Source: a virus
Lineage: Duplodnaviria > Caudoviricetes
Length of the DNA stretch: 28,898 bases
Reading direction: 5' to 3' (one strand)
Virus record (IMG/VR): IMGVR_UViG_3300023176_004604
Coordinates: 1 to 28,898 of that record
Shown here piece by piece: positions 18,945-27,807 of the stretch (the stretch's first letter is position 1; the number at the start of each line of letters is the position of its first letter). Under the pieces are notes generated by a model. The model saw only the letters and a list, made by a program, of their open reading frames with translations, was not told where the DNA came from and ran no database searches. A program made the position numbers and the translations under genes.

Positions 18945-21900
18945 TGGCTACAGTATTTGAAAGAATACAAGATCTCGGTACAATAATTACCGATGCAGTT
19001 ACAGCAGGTGAGGACACTAACGTTCCACCAAGAGAAATTAAAAACAGTTTGGTAAAAGTAGCAACAGGTACTTATACCGAAGTGCTACCAATACGGGTAC
19101 CTGCAGAAACTTGTATTATAGGTGACGAACTACGTTCTACAAACGTACAACCAAGAAAATCAGATAACGCAACACTTACTCCTAAAAAGGACTTTAGATT
19201 TAGTTACCATGCTCTTAACAGACTAAGTGAAATTATCGGTGATGTTGTAGACGGTACCACTGTAACAGCAGCAAGTGGCAATAACGAAACTCAAGTAGCC
19301 CAGTTTCCTTTAGGTCAGCCAGCAGAACGCAGTGCAACAGAATTACTTGCAAAAGTTATCAAAAGAAATATCGATAGTAGCTTGCAGACAAGAATAGAAA
19401 CTGATATGCCAGACAGTGCTTCTACAGATGCAGATTTTAGAAAAACATCTGATTTGTTGCTTACAAACAAAGAATTTATCCAACAAGAGATTGTTGCATA
19501 TCTTTCTACAAACTATGCAAGTCTAGACTACAGCAGAACAAGCTGTAAAAAAGATGTTGGATTTATTATTGATGCAGTAGCATATGACTTAGTTTATACA
19601 GGTAACTGGCAAAGTGTTACAGCTGGCCTAGCTTATTATGATGGTAGTTCAGGTAACCTACAAATTGACAGCGAAGAAAAATCAGCAACAATCGCAGCAT
19701 ACGGATATCTAAAAGACGTAATGAAAGCTGTTGGTAGAGGCACAGCAGTTAGCCCGCAGTTATCAACAGGACCTGCAGAGCAGTTCTTAGGCGTAGGCGG
19801 CACAATCGCAGCTTCAACAGAAATTGATAACCTAGTAGATGATATTATTACAATTATTAATCTAGGACCAGACAATGCTCCAGCAATTACATATCCAAAC
19901 CTAACAGGTGTCGCATCTGGCTTAACAACAGCGTCAACCACACTAGAAGGTGAATATACAGCAATCAAAGAAGGTGCTATTGACTTTATTAGTAAAAACT
20001 TTGGTAGCTTTAGATATAATGCAGCAACATGTCGTAGAGATTTAAGAAACATTTTAACAGATGTTCCTTATGATATTGCACTAAACACTAACTATAATGC
20101 AGTGTTTAACGGTATTGCTTATACAAGACCTACAAACTCTTACAATTTACAAGAACAGCGTACCGAAACTTCAGGAGCAATACGTTTTGCAAAAGGCGAA
20201 GTAGAAGATGCTCTAACAGATTCTACAGCAATTACACGTAGCAATGCAGCATTTGATGAAATTTTAGACATACTTGATAACAGTTCAATTTACACAACAG
20301 GTGCTACACCTGGTGACGGACTAGCAGATGCACTAAGTTTTGATACAAGCCTAAGTAGTGCAAATGCAATCAACGCAGCAGCACAACTTAATGCAAACAG
20401 AACATTTATTGCAGCAGATGTAAACGCATATGTAGCAAATACATATCCTTCACTTACATACGATGCAGACAAGTGTGCAAGAGATGTTGGTTATATACTA
20501 GACGCTCTAAGATATGACTTGTTGTACGGTGGTACAAGTGCTTCAACAAGAATTGCACAATCATACTTTGGCATCGATGGCACTGCTTATCCAGCAGGCC
20601 AAACAGCTGAAACAGCAGCAGCTTATACTCATATGAAGAGTATACTAGATGACATTATTTTAGAAAATACTGTTACAGCACAATCTGGTAACGTCGAATC
20701 ACAAGATACAAGCGGCACAGCAGGTACTGCAACAGAAGTTACTATTGTAGAAGATAATCTTCAATTAACAATCGACGTAATTACAGCAGGAAACACAACT
20801 AGTCTTCCAGCAGCAGTATTTCCAGATCTAGCTGCTTTAGGTGTAAGTGGTACACTGCAAACTGAAAAAACAGCAGTTGATGACGCACAAGCACAAATTG
20901 TACTAGATACAATCCAGTATATTAACACAACATACAGCGACTTTAATTACAACCAAGCTAAGTGTATGAGAGACATTGGCTTGATTCTAGACGCTGCAAG
21001 ATATGATTGGATGTTAGGTTCTAACTTTGCAGGACAGGTTGCTGCATACAGCTACCTAAGACGCCCAAGTGCAGCAGTTAGAGATGAGCAAAAAGCAGCA
21101 TCACTAGCTTCATTTAAATATGCAAAAGAGCAAGCAAAAGCAAATGTAGGCGGAAACGCAACTGCTATTGCTGGACTTGAAGAAACATTTGAATGGATTG
21201 ATACTGTATTGTTTGGTAGTTCAAACGAAGGTTCGAATGTACAAACAGACGAGTTCAACTTGTATGCTGCAAGACGTCAGCTAGAACTTAATAAAGAATT
21301 TATTAAAGAAGAACTTGTAAACACAGTAGACAACTACTTTAAAGATACAAGTTCTGAAATAGCATCTAACCAAATTACTGTTACAAGTACAGCTTGGTTA
21401 CACCTAGGTATGGAAGTTAAGTTTACAGACATACTAGACGGTGTTACAGCTTTAGTAGAAGGTACAACTTACTATGTAAGAGAAATTGTTGATGCAACAC
21501 ACTTTACAATAAGCGAAACATACGGCGGTAGTGAATTAACTATTGCACCTAGTACAACAGGTACAATGAATGTTCTACCAGTATATGAATACAACAGAGT
21601 ACTATGTAAACGTGACATTGATACATACATTGATGCAATCAAAGAAGATATGACATTCCCTGCAAAATATCGCAGAGATTATACAGATAGCATACAATGC
21701 ATCTATCCAGGCATTTACAAATCACGCCTAGCTGCAAGATACTATGTAAACAGCGTAATTGGATCACAGGAAGAAGATTTCTACTACCTACGCAACGGTA
21801 CAGGCTTGCGTTTACAAACAATGCAAGGACTAACAGGCGATCTAAGTCCAAACAATGAATACGGAACAAAACGTCCAACAGCAGGTGCATATGCATCGCT

Positions 21901-24900
21901 AGATCCAGGTTGGGGACCAAACGACGAAGATGTTTGGATTATTTCTAGATCACCTTACGTACAAAACTGTACTACATTTGGTACAGCAGCAGTTGGTCAA
22001 AAGATTGACGGCGCATTACACAACGGTGGCAATGATAGTATTGTTTCAAACGACTTTACACAAGTTATTAGTGACGGTATTGGTGCATGGATTACTAACA
22101 ACGGTAGAGCAGAACTTGTATCTGTGTTTACTTACTATGCACACATTGGTTATCTTGCAGAAGCAGGCGGACGTATTCGTGCAACAAACGGTAACAACTC
22201 ATACGGTGACTTTGGTTCGGTAGCAGAAGGCGTTGATCCTTTTGAAACACCAATTACAGGCATTGTTGACAACAAATCACAGTACAACGCTACAATTGCT
22301 AATGTTGAAAGTGATGCCGATCAACTGTTTAGCTTTGAATATTCACATGCTGGTAACAACTATACTGAAGTTGTTTATGATATATTTGGACCAGGCGACG
22401 GCGAAGTTATTGAAGGCGACGAATTTAGAGATGATTCTGCATTCCAAGTTAGAGTGCTTGATTTAGATGATTCAAGTGGCGAACTAGGTGGTAGTGGATA
22501 TTTAAATGTTCAAAACACAGCACAGTCTGGTACAACTACAAGTTTAACACTTGCTGCAACAGACGGTAATATTTCAAGTGCATATCCAGGTATGAGATTG
22601 ATTATTACAGGCGGTAGTGGTGTTGGACAACACGGTTTAATTAAAACTTATAATTCAGGATCGAAAGTTGCAGAAGTTGTTAGAGAAACAGAAACTGTTG
22701 TAACAGCTGGTAACTTCCAAATTGGAGATATCTATAGAATTGACAGTGTTGGTACAACAGACTTTACAGCAATTAGTTCATTAACTAATCCTGAAGCAGG
22801 TCAAATATTTACTGCTACAGGCGCAGGTTCAGGAGACGGTGTTGCAACTAAATGTGAAGACGGATATGATCATTTTGTAAAAGGATTTACACTAGCAACT
22901 CCTAACAGTTCATCAACATATGAAATTGAACCAAGTGCAGCATTTACTGCACCTCCAAAATCAGCCACTTCTGATCCGATGAATGTATCAGCAGACTTTT
23001 CACACATTGAATATTGTGAAACAGCAAAAATTTACTCTGCTGTAACAGCAAGTACATACAGCGGTGTATTTGGTTCTGAAGCATCATTTAATGTTACAAG
23101 AAACGGCAGCAAGTATTTTGTAGATCTAAATGGAGGCGGTAAAAACTATGCAAGAGATGAAATAATTACTCTTGCAGGCACAGGGTTAGGTGGCATTGCA
23201 ACAACAAATGATATCACTATTACTGTTACTGCGATAAACACAACTACTGGTGCAATTACAGGTTTTGACTTCAGCGGTACAGGTAAAGCAGGACAGTTTG
23301 TTGCTGTTAGTGATGCTAGTGGAGACATTTATCTAAGCGATGACGGTGCAACTTGGACAACTGTAACACTTCCAGGTACTGCTCCTACAGGACAAGTAAG
23401 AATTGCAAACGGTTTAATTAATGACGGTTCAAGTGTGCTAAGAAATAGTGCAACTGTTATTATCGGTCAGAGCAGTGCAAGTGCTAATAACATTTGGTAT
23501 GCAACAGATGATCTTACAAGTTGGACTAACACAACACTAGACAGTACAACAATCAATCAACCAAGCGATATTGCGTTTGGTAGAAACAAGTTTATGGTTG
23601 TACATGCAGGTAGCGACAGTCACTTCTTTAGTGAAGACGGTGGTGTAAACTGGACAGAAAAAACAGCAACACTTCCAGCAACTGGATACGAGCTATTAAC
23701 ATATGGCGGCGATAAGTTTGTTGCAATTGATAAAGTAACTACAAATGTTGCATACATTGATCAACTACAAGCAACACTGTCTGGAACTTGGCAGATACAA
23801 ACACTTCCAAATCCGGACAACTGGGCAGACTTAACATACGGTAACAACAGATTTATTGCTGTAAGTAACAACAACAACCGAGGTGCTATGAGTTTAGACG
23901 GCGGCGATACTTGGACAGAAATTACACTGCCAGCAGGCGCATATACAAGTGTTGCATACGGACAAGGTGTGTTTGTTGCAACAAGAACTGATAGTACAAA
24001 CGTTGCATATTCAGAGTTTGGTTCAGAATGGCAAGAACTAGCAACAACATCTATTACAACAGGAGCAGGTCCAGTAGGATTTGGTAATCCACAGCGTGAA
24101 GGTAGATTTATTGTTGTAGGTGGCGCCGGCGGAGCAACAAGCGAAATGAATGTTGTTAAAATTGGTTCTAGAGCAAGAGGTAGAGCTGGTGTAGCAAATG
24201 AAAAAGTATTTGAAATTAGATTACAAGATACTGGTTCAAACTACACAGGCGATGCACCAGAATGTTTTGTATACGATCCAAACAACATTTATGATGTTGT
24301 GCTTTCAACAAGAGTTGGTAAGGGTGTACTAGGACAGCCTAGCTTTGCTAATAGAGGCGGCGGATTTATTAGTGCAAGTGCAGAAGTAAATGCAGCAAAC
24401 TCAAACGGTGAAGCTGACTTCTTCCAAACTGGTACGTTTGTAGCTGTAAGAAGACTTACAGAACGTCCAGTAGCAGGTTCAAACGTTGTGTTTGGATCAC
24501 TACCAGATCAGGTATTTAAACTAGTTAACATTGTGTCGTTTATTGGTGATGAACCAGGCACGTATACAGCGTTCTTAAATTTATCACCAGAAATGGCAGT
24601 TGCAGACTCACCACCAGACGGTGATAGTGTAACACTTAGAATTCGTTATTCGCAAGTACGTCTAACAGGACACGATTTCCTAGACATTGGTACTGGTGGA
24701 TTTGATACAACTAACTATCCTGCAACACCAACACAGGATCCGGATCAAGCAAACGAAACAAAAGTTGGCGCAGGCGGTAGAGTGTTCTTTACAACTACTG
24801 ACCAAGACGGTAACTTTAGAGCTGGTGACTTGTTTAGTATTGAACAGTCAACTGGTATTGCAACGTTGAATGCTGATGCATTTAATATTGCAGGTCTACA

Positions 24901-25213
24901 AGAACTTTCACTAGGTGAAGTTACACTAGGTGGTGCTTCAGCAAGTATTAGCGAGTTCTCAACAGATCCTTTCTTTACTGCTAACAGTGATACAGTTGTG
25001 CCAACGCAACGTGCGATTAAAGCGTACATCGAAGCACAAATTGGTGGCGGTGGTGCGTCACTGAATGTTAACAGTGTAACAGCCGGGGATATTTTCATAG
25101 CAGGTAACACAATTACAACGGTAGCAAGTTCAGTGATAAATATACAAGCGAAGTTAAATTTCCAAGGCGGGGTAGTAGGTCTACCAATAGCATATAATTA
25201 CTTCTTAAGATAA
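18944..25213 (+). CDS. Giant virion structural protein, C-terminal part of the split paralogue: helical CxRD repeats, beta-helix, Asp-box propeller (2089 aa)
   Basis: TAATG stop/start overlap with a GGAGGA SD at 18930-18935. VKVATGTYTEVLPIRVP...GDELRST continues the alignment to the 1920-aa protein. Shared SLDPGWGPNDE, NGRAELVSVFTYY, GHDFLD.GTG and VPTQRAI motifs. Confidence 0.85.
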   Translation: MATVFERIQDLGTIITDAVTAGEDTNVPPREIKNSLVKVATGTYTEVLPIRVPAETCIIGDELRSTNVQPRKSDNATLTPKKDFRFSYHALNRLSEIIGDVVDGTTVTAASGNNETQVAQFPLGQPAERSATELLAKVIKRNIDSSLQTRIETDMPDSASTDADFRKTSDLLLTNKEFIQQEIVAYLSTNYASLDYSRTSCKKDVGFIIDAVAYDLVYTGNWQSVTAGLAYYDGSSGNLQIDSEEKSATIAAYGYLKDVMKAVGRGTAVSPQLSTGPAEQFLGVGGTIAASTEIDNLVDDIITIINLGPDNAPAITYPNLTGVASGLTTASTTLEGEYTAIKEGAIDFISKNFGSFRYNAATCRRDLRNILTDVPYDIALNTNYNAVFNGIAYTRPTNSYNLQEQRTETSGAIRFAKGEVEDALTDSTAITRSNAAFDEILDILDNSSIYTTGATPGDGLADALSFDTSLSSANAINAAAQLNANRTFIAADVNAYVANTYPSLTYDADKCARDVGYILDALRYDLLYGGTSASTRIAQSYFGIDGTAYPAGQTAETAAAYTHMKSILDDIILENTVTAQSGNVESQDTSGTAGTATEVTIVEDNLQLTIDVITAGNTTSLPAAVFPDLAALGVSGTLQTEKTAVDDAQAQIVLDTIQYINTTYSDFNYNQAKCMRDIGLILDAARYDWMLGSNFAGQVAAYSYLRRPSAAVRDEQKAASLASFKYAKEQAKANVGGNATAIAGLEETFEWIDTVLFGSSNEGSNVQTDEFNLYAARRQLELNKEFIKEELVNTVDNYFKDTSSEIASNQITVTSTAWLHLGMEVKFTDILDGVTALVEGTTYYVREIVDATHFTISETYGGSELTIAPSTTGTMNVLPVYEYNRVLCKRDIDTYIDAIKEDMTFPAKYRRDYTDSIQCIYPGIYKSRLAARYYVNSVIGSQEEDFYYLRNGTGLRLQTMQGLTGDLSPNNEYGTKRPTAGAYASLDPGWGPNDEDVWIISRSPYVQNCTTFGTAAVGQKIDGALHNGGNDSIVSNDFTQVISDGIGAWITNNGRAELVSVFTYYAHIGYLAEAGGRIRATNGNNSYGDFGSVAEGVDPFETPITGIVDNKSQYNATIANVESDADQLFSFEYSHAGNNYTEVVYDIFGPGDGEVIEGDEFRDDSAFQVRVLDLDDSSGELGGSGYLNVQNTAQSGTTTSLTLAATDGNISSAYPGMRLIITGGSGVGQHGLIKTYNSGSKVAEVVRETETVVTAGNFQIGDIYRIDSVGTTDFTAISSLTNPEAGQIFTATGAGSGDGVATKCEDGYDHFVKGFTLATPNSSSTYEIEPSAAFTAPPKSATSDPMNVSADFSHIEYCETAKIYSAVTASTYSGVFGSEASFNVTRNGSKYFVDLNGGGKNYARDEIITLAGTGLGGIATTNDITITVTAINTTTGAITGFDFSGTGKAGQFVAVSDASGDIYLSDDGATWTTVTLPGTAPTGQVRIANGLINDGSSVLRNSATVIIGQSSASANNIWYATDDLTSWTNTTLDSTTINQPSDIAFGRNKFMVVHAGSDSHFFSEDGGVNWTEKTATLPATGYELLTYGGDKFVAIDKVTTNVAYIDQLQATLSGTWQIQTLPNPDNWADLTYGNNRFIAVSNNNNRGAMSLDGGDTWTEITLPAGAYTSVAYGQGVFVATRTDSTNVAYSEFGSEWQELATTSITTGAGPVGFGNPQREGRFIVVGGAGGATSEMNVVKIGSRARGRAGVANEKVFEIRLQDTGSNYTGDAPECFVYDPNNIYDVVLSTRVGKGVLGQPSFANRGGGFISASAEVNAANSNGEADFFQTGTFVAVRRLTERPVAGSNVVFGSLPDQVFKLVNIVSFIGDEPGTYTAFLNLSPEMAVADSPPDGDSVTLRIRYSQVRLTGHDFLDIGTGGFDTTNYPATPTQDPDQANETKVGAGGRVFFTTTDQDGNFRAGDLFSIEQSTGIATLNADAFNIAGLQELSLGEVTLGGASASISEFSTDPFFTANSDTVVPTQRAIKAYIEAQIGGGGASLNVNSVTAGDIFIAGNTITTVASSVINIQAKLNFQGGVVGLPIAYNYFLR
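19440..21750 (+). repeat. Five alpha-helical protein repeats with a Yx4CxRDx4DAxxYD core (phycobiliprotein/globin-like)
   Basis: Cys codons at 19544, 20030, 20474, 20963 and 21605. A sixth copy lies at 18528 in the upstream gene. The repeat is certain; the fold assignment is inferred. Confidence 0.7.
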
Positions 25214-25235
25214 AAGAAAATGGAGAGAAAATAAA

Positions 25236-25556
25236 ATGGCAAACGGAAGATTAGGAGCAGCAGATCTTGCAGCAGGTGTAGACACAAGCGTTTACACTGT
25301 ACCAGATACAACTTTCTCAGTTGTGACTGTTGCTTTTTGTAATAGAAGTGCAAGCCCAAGAGCTTTAAGGTTAGCACTAGCAGCAACAGGCACACCAGCA
25401 AACGAAGAATACCTAGAGTATGATGTTGAAATTTTAGGTAACGGTGTTGTTGAAAGAACAGGTATTGTTATGGACACAGGCAAGCAAATCGTTGTAAGAG
25501 CAGACGATGCAGACGTTACATGTGTTGTAATGGGACTTGAAACAGCGACAGAATAA
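25236..25556 (+). CDS. Small beta-sandwich virion protein, paralogue 3 of 3 (106 aa)
   Basis: GGAG SD. VVTVAFCNR...YLEYDVEI...GIVMDTGKQIVV...VVMGLE follows the same strand pattern as the 125- and 109-aa proteins. Confidence 0.75.
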   Translation: MANGRLGAADLAAGVDTSVYTVPDTTFSVVTVAFCNRSASPRALRLALAATGTPANEEYLEYDVEILGNGVVERTGIVMDTGKQIVVRADDADVTCVVMGLETATE

Positions 25557-25566
25557 GGATAAGGTT

Positions 25567-25908
25567 ATGGGTAGAAAAACACACTCAGGTGCAGTAGGCG
25601 CAGGCAAAGTTCAAAAGTTTCCAAACGTTGACGTTGCTGCAAATATTGGTGCAGATGTAAACAAAACATACTGGGTTGACACAAGTGCCGGCGGCATAAC
25701 CTTAACTTTACCGTCAGTACCAAGTAAAGGTGACATTGTTAGAATTTTTGATGCAGGTTATACATTTGATTCAAACAATTTAACAGTAGCACGTAATGGT
25801 CAACTTGTTATGGGATTAGATGAAGATCTAACAGTTAATACACAAGGCGCAGCCTTTGATCTTGTATACTATAATGCAAGTAGAGGTTGGAGAATTTACA
25901 CAACTTAA
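25567..25908 (+). CDS. Stand-alone fibre-base domain resembling the N-terminal domains of T4 proximal long tail fibre (113 aa; start revised from 25537)
   Basis: ATG at 25567 follows AAGGATAAGG and avoids overlap with the previous gene. Motif VDTSAGGITLTLP..P..GD.V.IFD....F..NNLTV.RNG...LVY...GW. Confidence 0.7.
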   Translation: MGRKTHSGAVGAGKVQKFPNVDVAANIGADVNKTYWVDTSAGGITLTLPSVPSKGDIVRIFDAGYTFDSNNLTVARNGQLVMGLDEDLTVNTQGAAFDLVYYNASRGWRIYTT

Positions 25909-25918
25909 GGGAACTATT

Positions 25919-26872
25919 ATGGCTTTATATTCAGCATTTAAAAAGATTGATTCCGCTGCTGTTGTTGACTTAGAAATTATCACTGCAGACGTTGCATCAC
26001 AAACGATACAAACGGCTAAAATTGCAGATGGAGCTGTCACAACAGCTAAGATTGCACCTGGTGCAATCACAACTGATAAACTTGCTGCTTCCTTGGATAT
26101 CAGCGGAAAAACTGTTACATATAGACCTATAGTAAACAGTGACATATCTAGTAGTGCTAATATTGCCGCAGGCAAATTACAAAGCGGCGCAGCCGTAGCA
26201 AACCTAGGTTATACACCTGTAAACAAAGCAGGTGATACAATGACGGGTAGACTTAATACTATTGCTGGTAGTGCTTCGTCCCCTGCAATTAGAGGTTCTT
26301 CAGACGGTAATACAGGTGTATATTTTCCAAGTGGAGATAACATGCGTTTTAGCATTAACGGTAGTGATGCTATGCGAATTGATTCAAGTGCTAGAGTAAC
26401 GTATCCACAAAAACCTGCGTTTAGTGCTGTAGGAAGACCGGGTTGGTTGTATTCTAACTCATACGGTGGTACAGGGTATAGAGAACTTAATTCAATTATG
26501 AACTGGGAAGTTAGTCACCAGTACGGTGGTAGTAACTTTAGTACTGGCAACGGACGCTACACTGCGCCTGTATCAGGCTGGTATCACTTCTCAACTATGT
26601 GGTATCTACTTAACAACAGTAACGGTACTAATAGTTATGTACACTTGTTTATCAGTCGTGACGGCTCAACAGGTACAACACCAACAGGTAGAACACCTTA
26701 TACAATTAACATGCACGGTAACAGAAACAACTATGATGACGGTGCAAACTATAACAGCGTATTATATCTAAATGCTGGACAATATGTAAGTCTATATGTT
26801 CGCTGGCATGCTAACGGTAATAGTAGACACCACGCAGGTCATCACATATTTAGCGGACACTTGGTAGGATAA
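25919..26872 (+). CDS. Fibre protein with C-terminal C1q-like domain, paralogue A (317 aa; start revised from 25856)
   Basis: ATG at 25919 follows AAGGGA and matches the paralogue starts MA.Y..FKKI. Contains KIADGAVTTAKI repeats, NLGYTPVNKAGDTMTG and the C1q signature PAFSA...GRYTAPVSGWYHF...LNAGQYV...FSGHLV. Confidence 0.85.
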   Translation: MALYSAFKKIDSAAVVDLEIITADVASQTIQTAKIADGAVTTAKIAPGAITTDKLAASLDISGKTVTYRPIVNSDISSSANIAAGKLQSGAAVANLGYTPVNKAGDTMTGRLNTIAGSASSPAIRGSSDGNTGVYFPSGDNMRFSINGSDAMRIDSSARVTYPQKPAFSAVGRPGWLYSNSYGGTGYRELNSIMNWEVSHQYGGSNFSTGNGRYTAPVSGWYHFSTMWYLLNNSNGTNSYVHLFISRDGSTGTTPTGRTPYTINMHGNRNNYDDGANYNSVLYLNAGQYVSLYVRWHANGNSRHHAGHHIFSGHLVG

Positions 26873-26876
26873 CAAA

Positions 26877-27803
26877 ATGGCAATTTACAATAGTTTTAAG
26901 AAAATTTCAACAAGAGCTGTTATCGACGGCGAAGTAACAAGCGAAAAATTCCAAGACAGCGCAATTGAAGCAAGCAAACTTGCTCCAGATACTGTTGCAA
27001 CTGTTGATATTGTAAACGGCGCAGTTACTAGCGGAAAGCTAACAAACAGTCTTGATATTTCTGGAAAAACTATGGTTTACAGATCAATTGTTGACGGTGA
27101 TTTTGCAAGCAGTACAATACCCGGCAGCAAAATGGCAAGTAGTGCTATTGTAGACAACTTAGGATATACACCTGTTAACAAAGTAGGTGATACAATGACA
27201 GGTCAAATTATCTATGATAATGCAAACTATATTGCAAGTTCTGGTGCAACTACAAGTGGTCTTAGATTTAGTGCAGATAATATTGAAATACGTTCAGGCG
27301 GCAATCAAAAATTGGTGTTTGACAGCAGCGGCCGCCCACTAGAGTCAGATAGACCAGCATGGGTAGCTAGTGGTAGAGGCGGCTGGAGATATGCAAACTC
27401 TTACGGTGGTCCAGGTAGCTGGCGTGAACTAGACAACATGGGTTATAACTATAGTACCAATGGAGGTATTACAACCAGTAACAACAGTCGTGTAACAGTT
27501 CCAGTTGCAGGTTACTATTATGTGTATTTGCAAAGTTATTGGTATAACAACAACAATAACACAAACGGTTACACGCACTGGAATATCAGTAGAAACAGCG
27601 GAGTAGGTACAAGTACTACGGGCCGTGTTCCTCATACAATTTTCTCACACGGTGTTAGAAACAACTATACACCAGGAATTATGTGTGGTATTGTTGTTTA
27701 TGCAAATGCTGGACAATATTTTTCACCGCAACCTTATTTTGGAGGCAACCAAGGTAGACACCACGGTAATCACACACAGTGGTGTGGATATTTAATAGGA
27801 TAA
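26877..27803 (+). CDS. Fibre protein with C-terminal C1q-like domain, paralogue B (308 aa)
   Basis: Collinear with A. NLGYTPVNKVGDTMTG; RVTVPVAGYYYV...ANAGQY...WCGYLIG. Confidence 0.85.
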   Translation: MAIYNSFKKISTRAVIDGEVTSEKFQDSAIEASKLAPDTVATVDIVNGAVTSGKLTNSLDISGKTMVYRSIVDGDFASSTIPGSKMASSAIVDNLGYTPVNKVGDTMTGQIIYDNANYIASSGATTSGLRFSADNIEIRSGGNQKLVFDSSGRPLESDRPAWVASGRGGWRYANSYGGPGSWRELDNMGYNYSTNGGITTSNNSRVTVPVAGYYYVYLQSYWYNNNNNTNGYTHWNISRNSGVGTSTTGRVPHTIFSHGVRNNYTPGIMCGIVVYANAGQYFSPQPYFGGNQGRHHGNHTQWCGYLIG

Positions 27804-27807
27804 CAAT

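Noticed and set aside
18920-18946. Programmed -1 frameshift fusing the 667- and 2089-aa ORFs
   Set aside because: The -1 frame has a TGA at 18923-18925, leaving only six codons with no slippery heptamer. A strong GGAGGA SD favours reinitiation. Ribosomal bypassing is not excluded but has no support.
25537-25918. ORF-track starts at 25537 and 25856
   Set aside because: Both overlap upstream genes. ATGs at 25567 and 25919 have SD sequences, and 25919 matches the paralogue N-termini.
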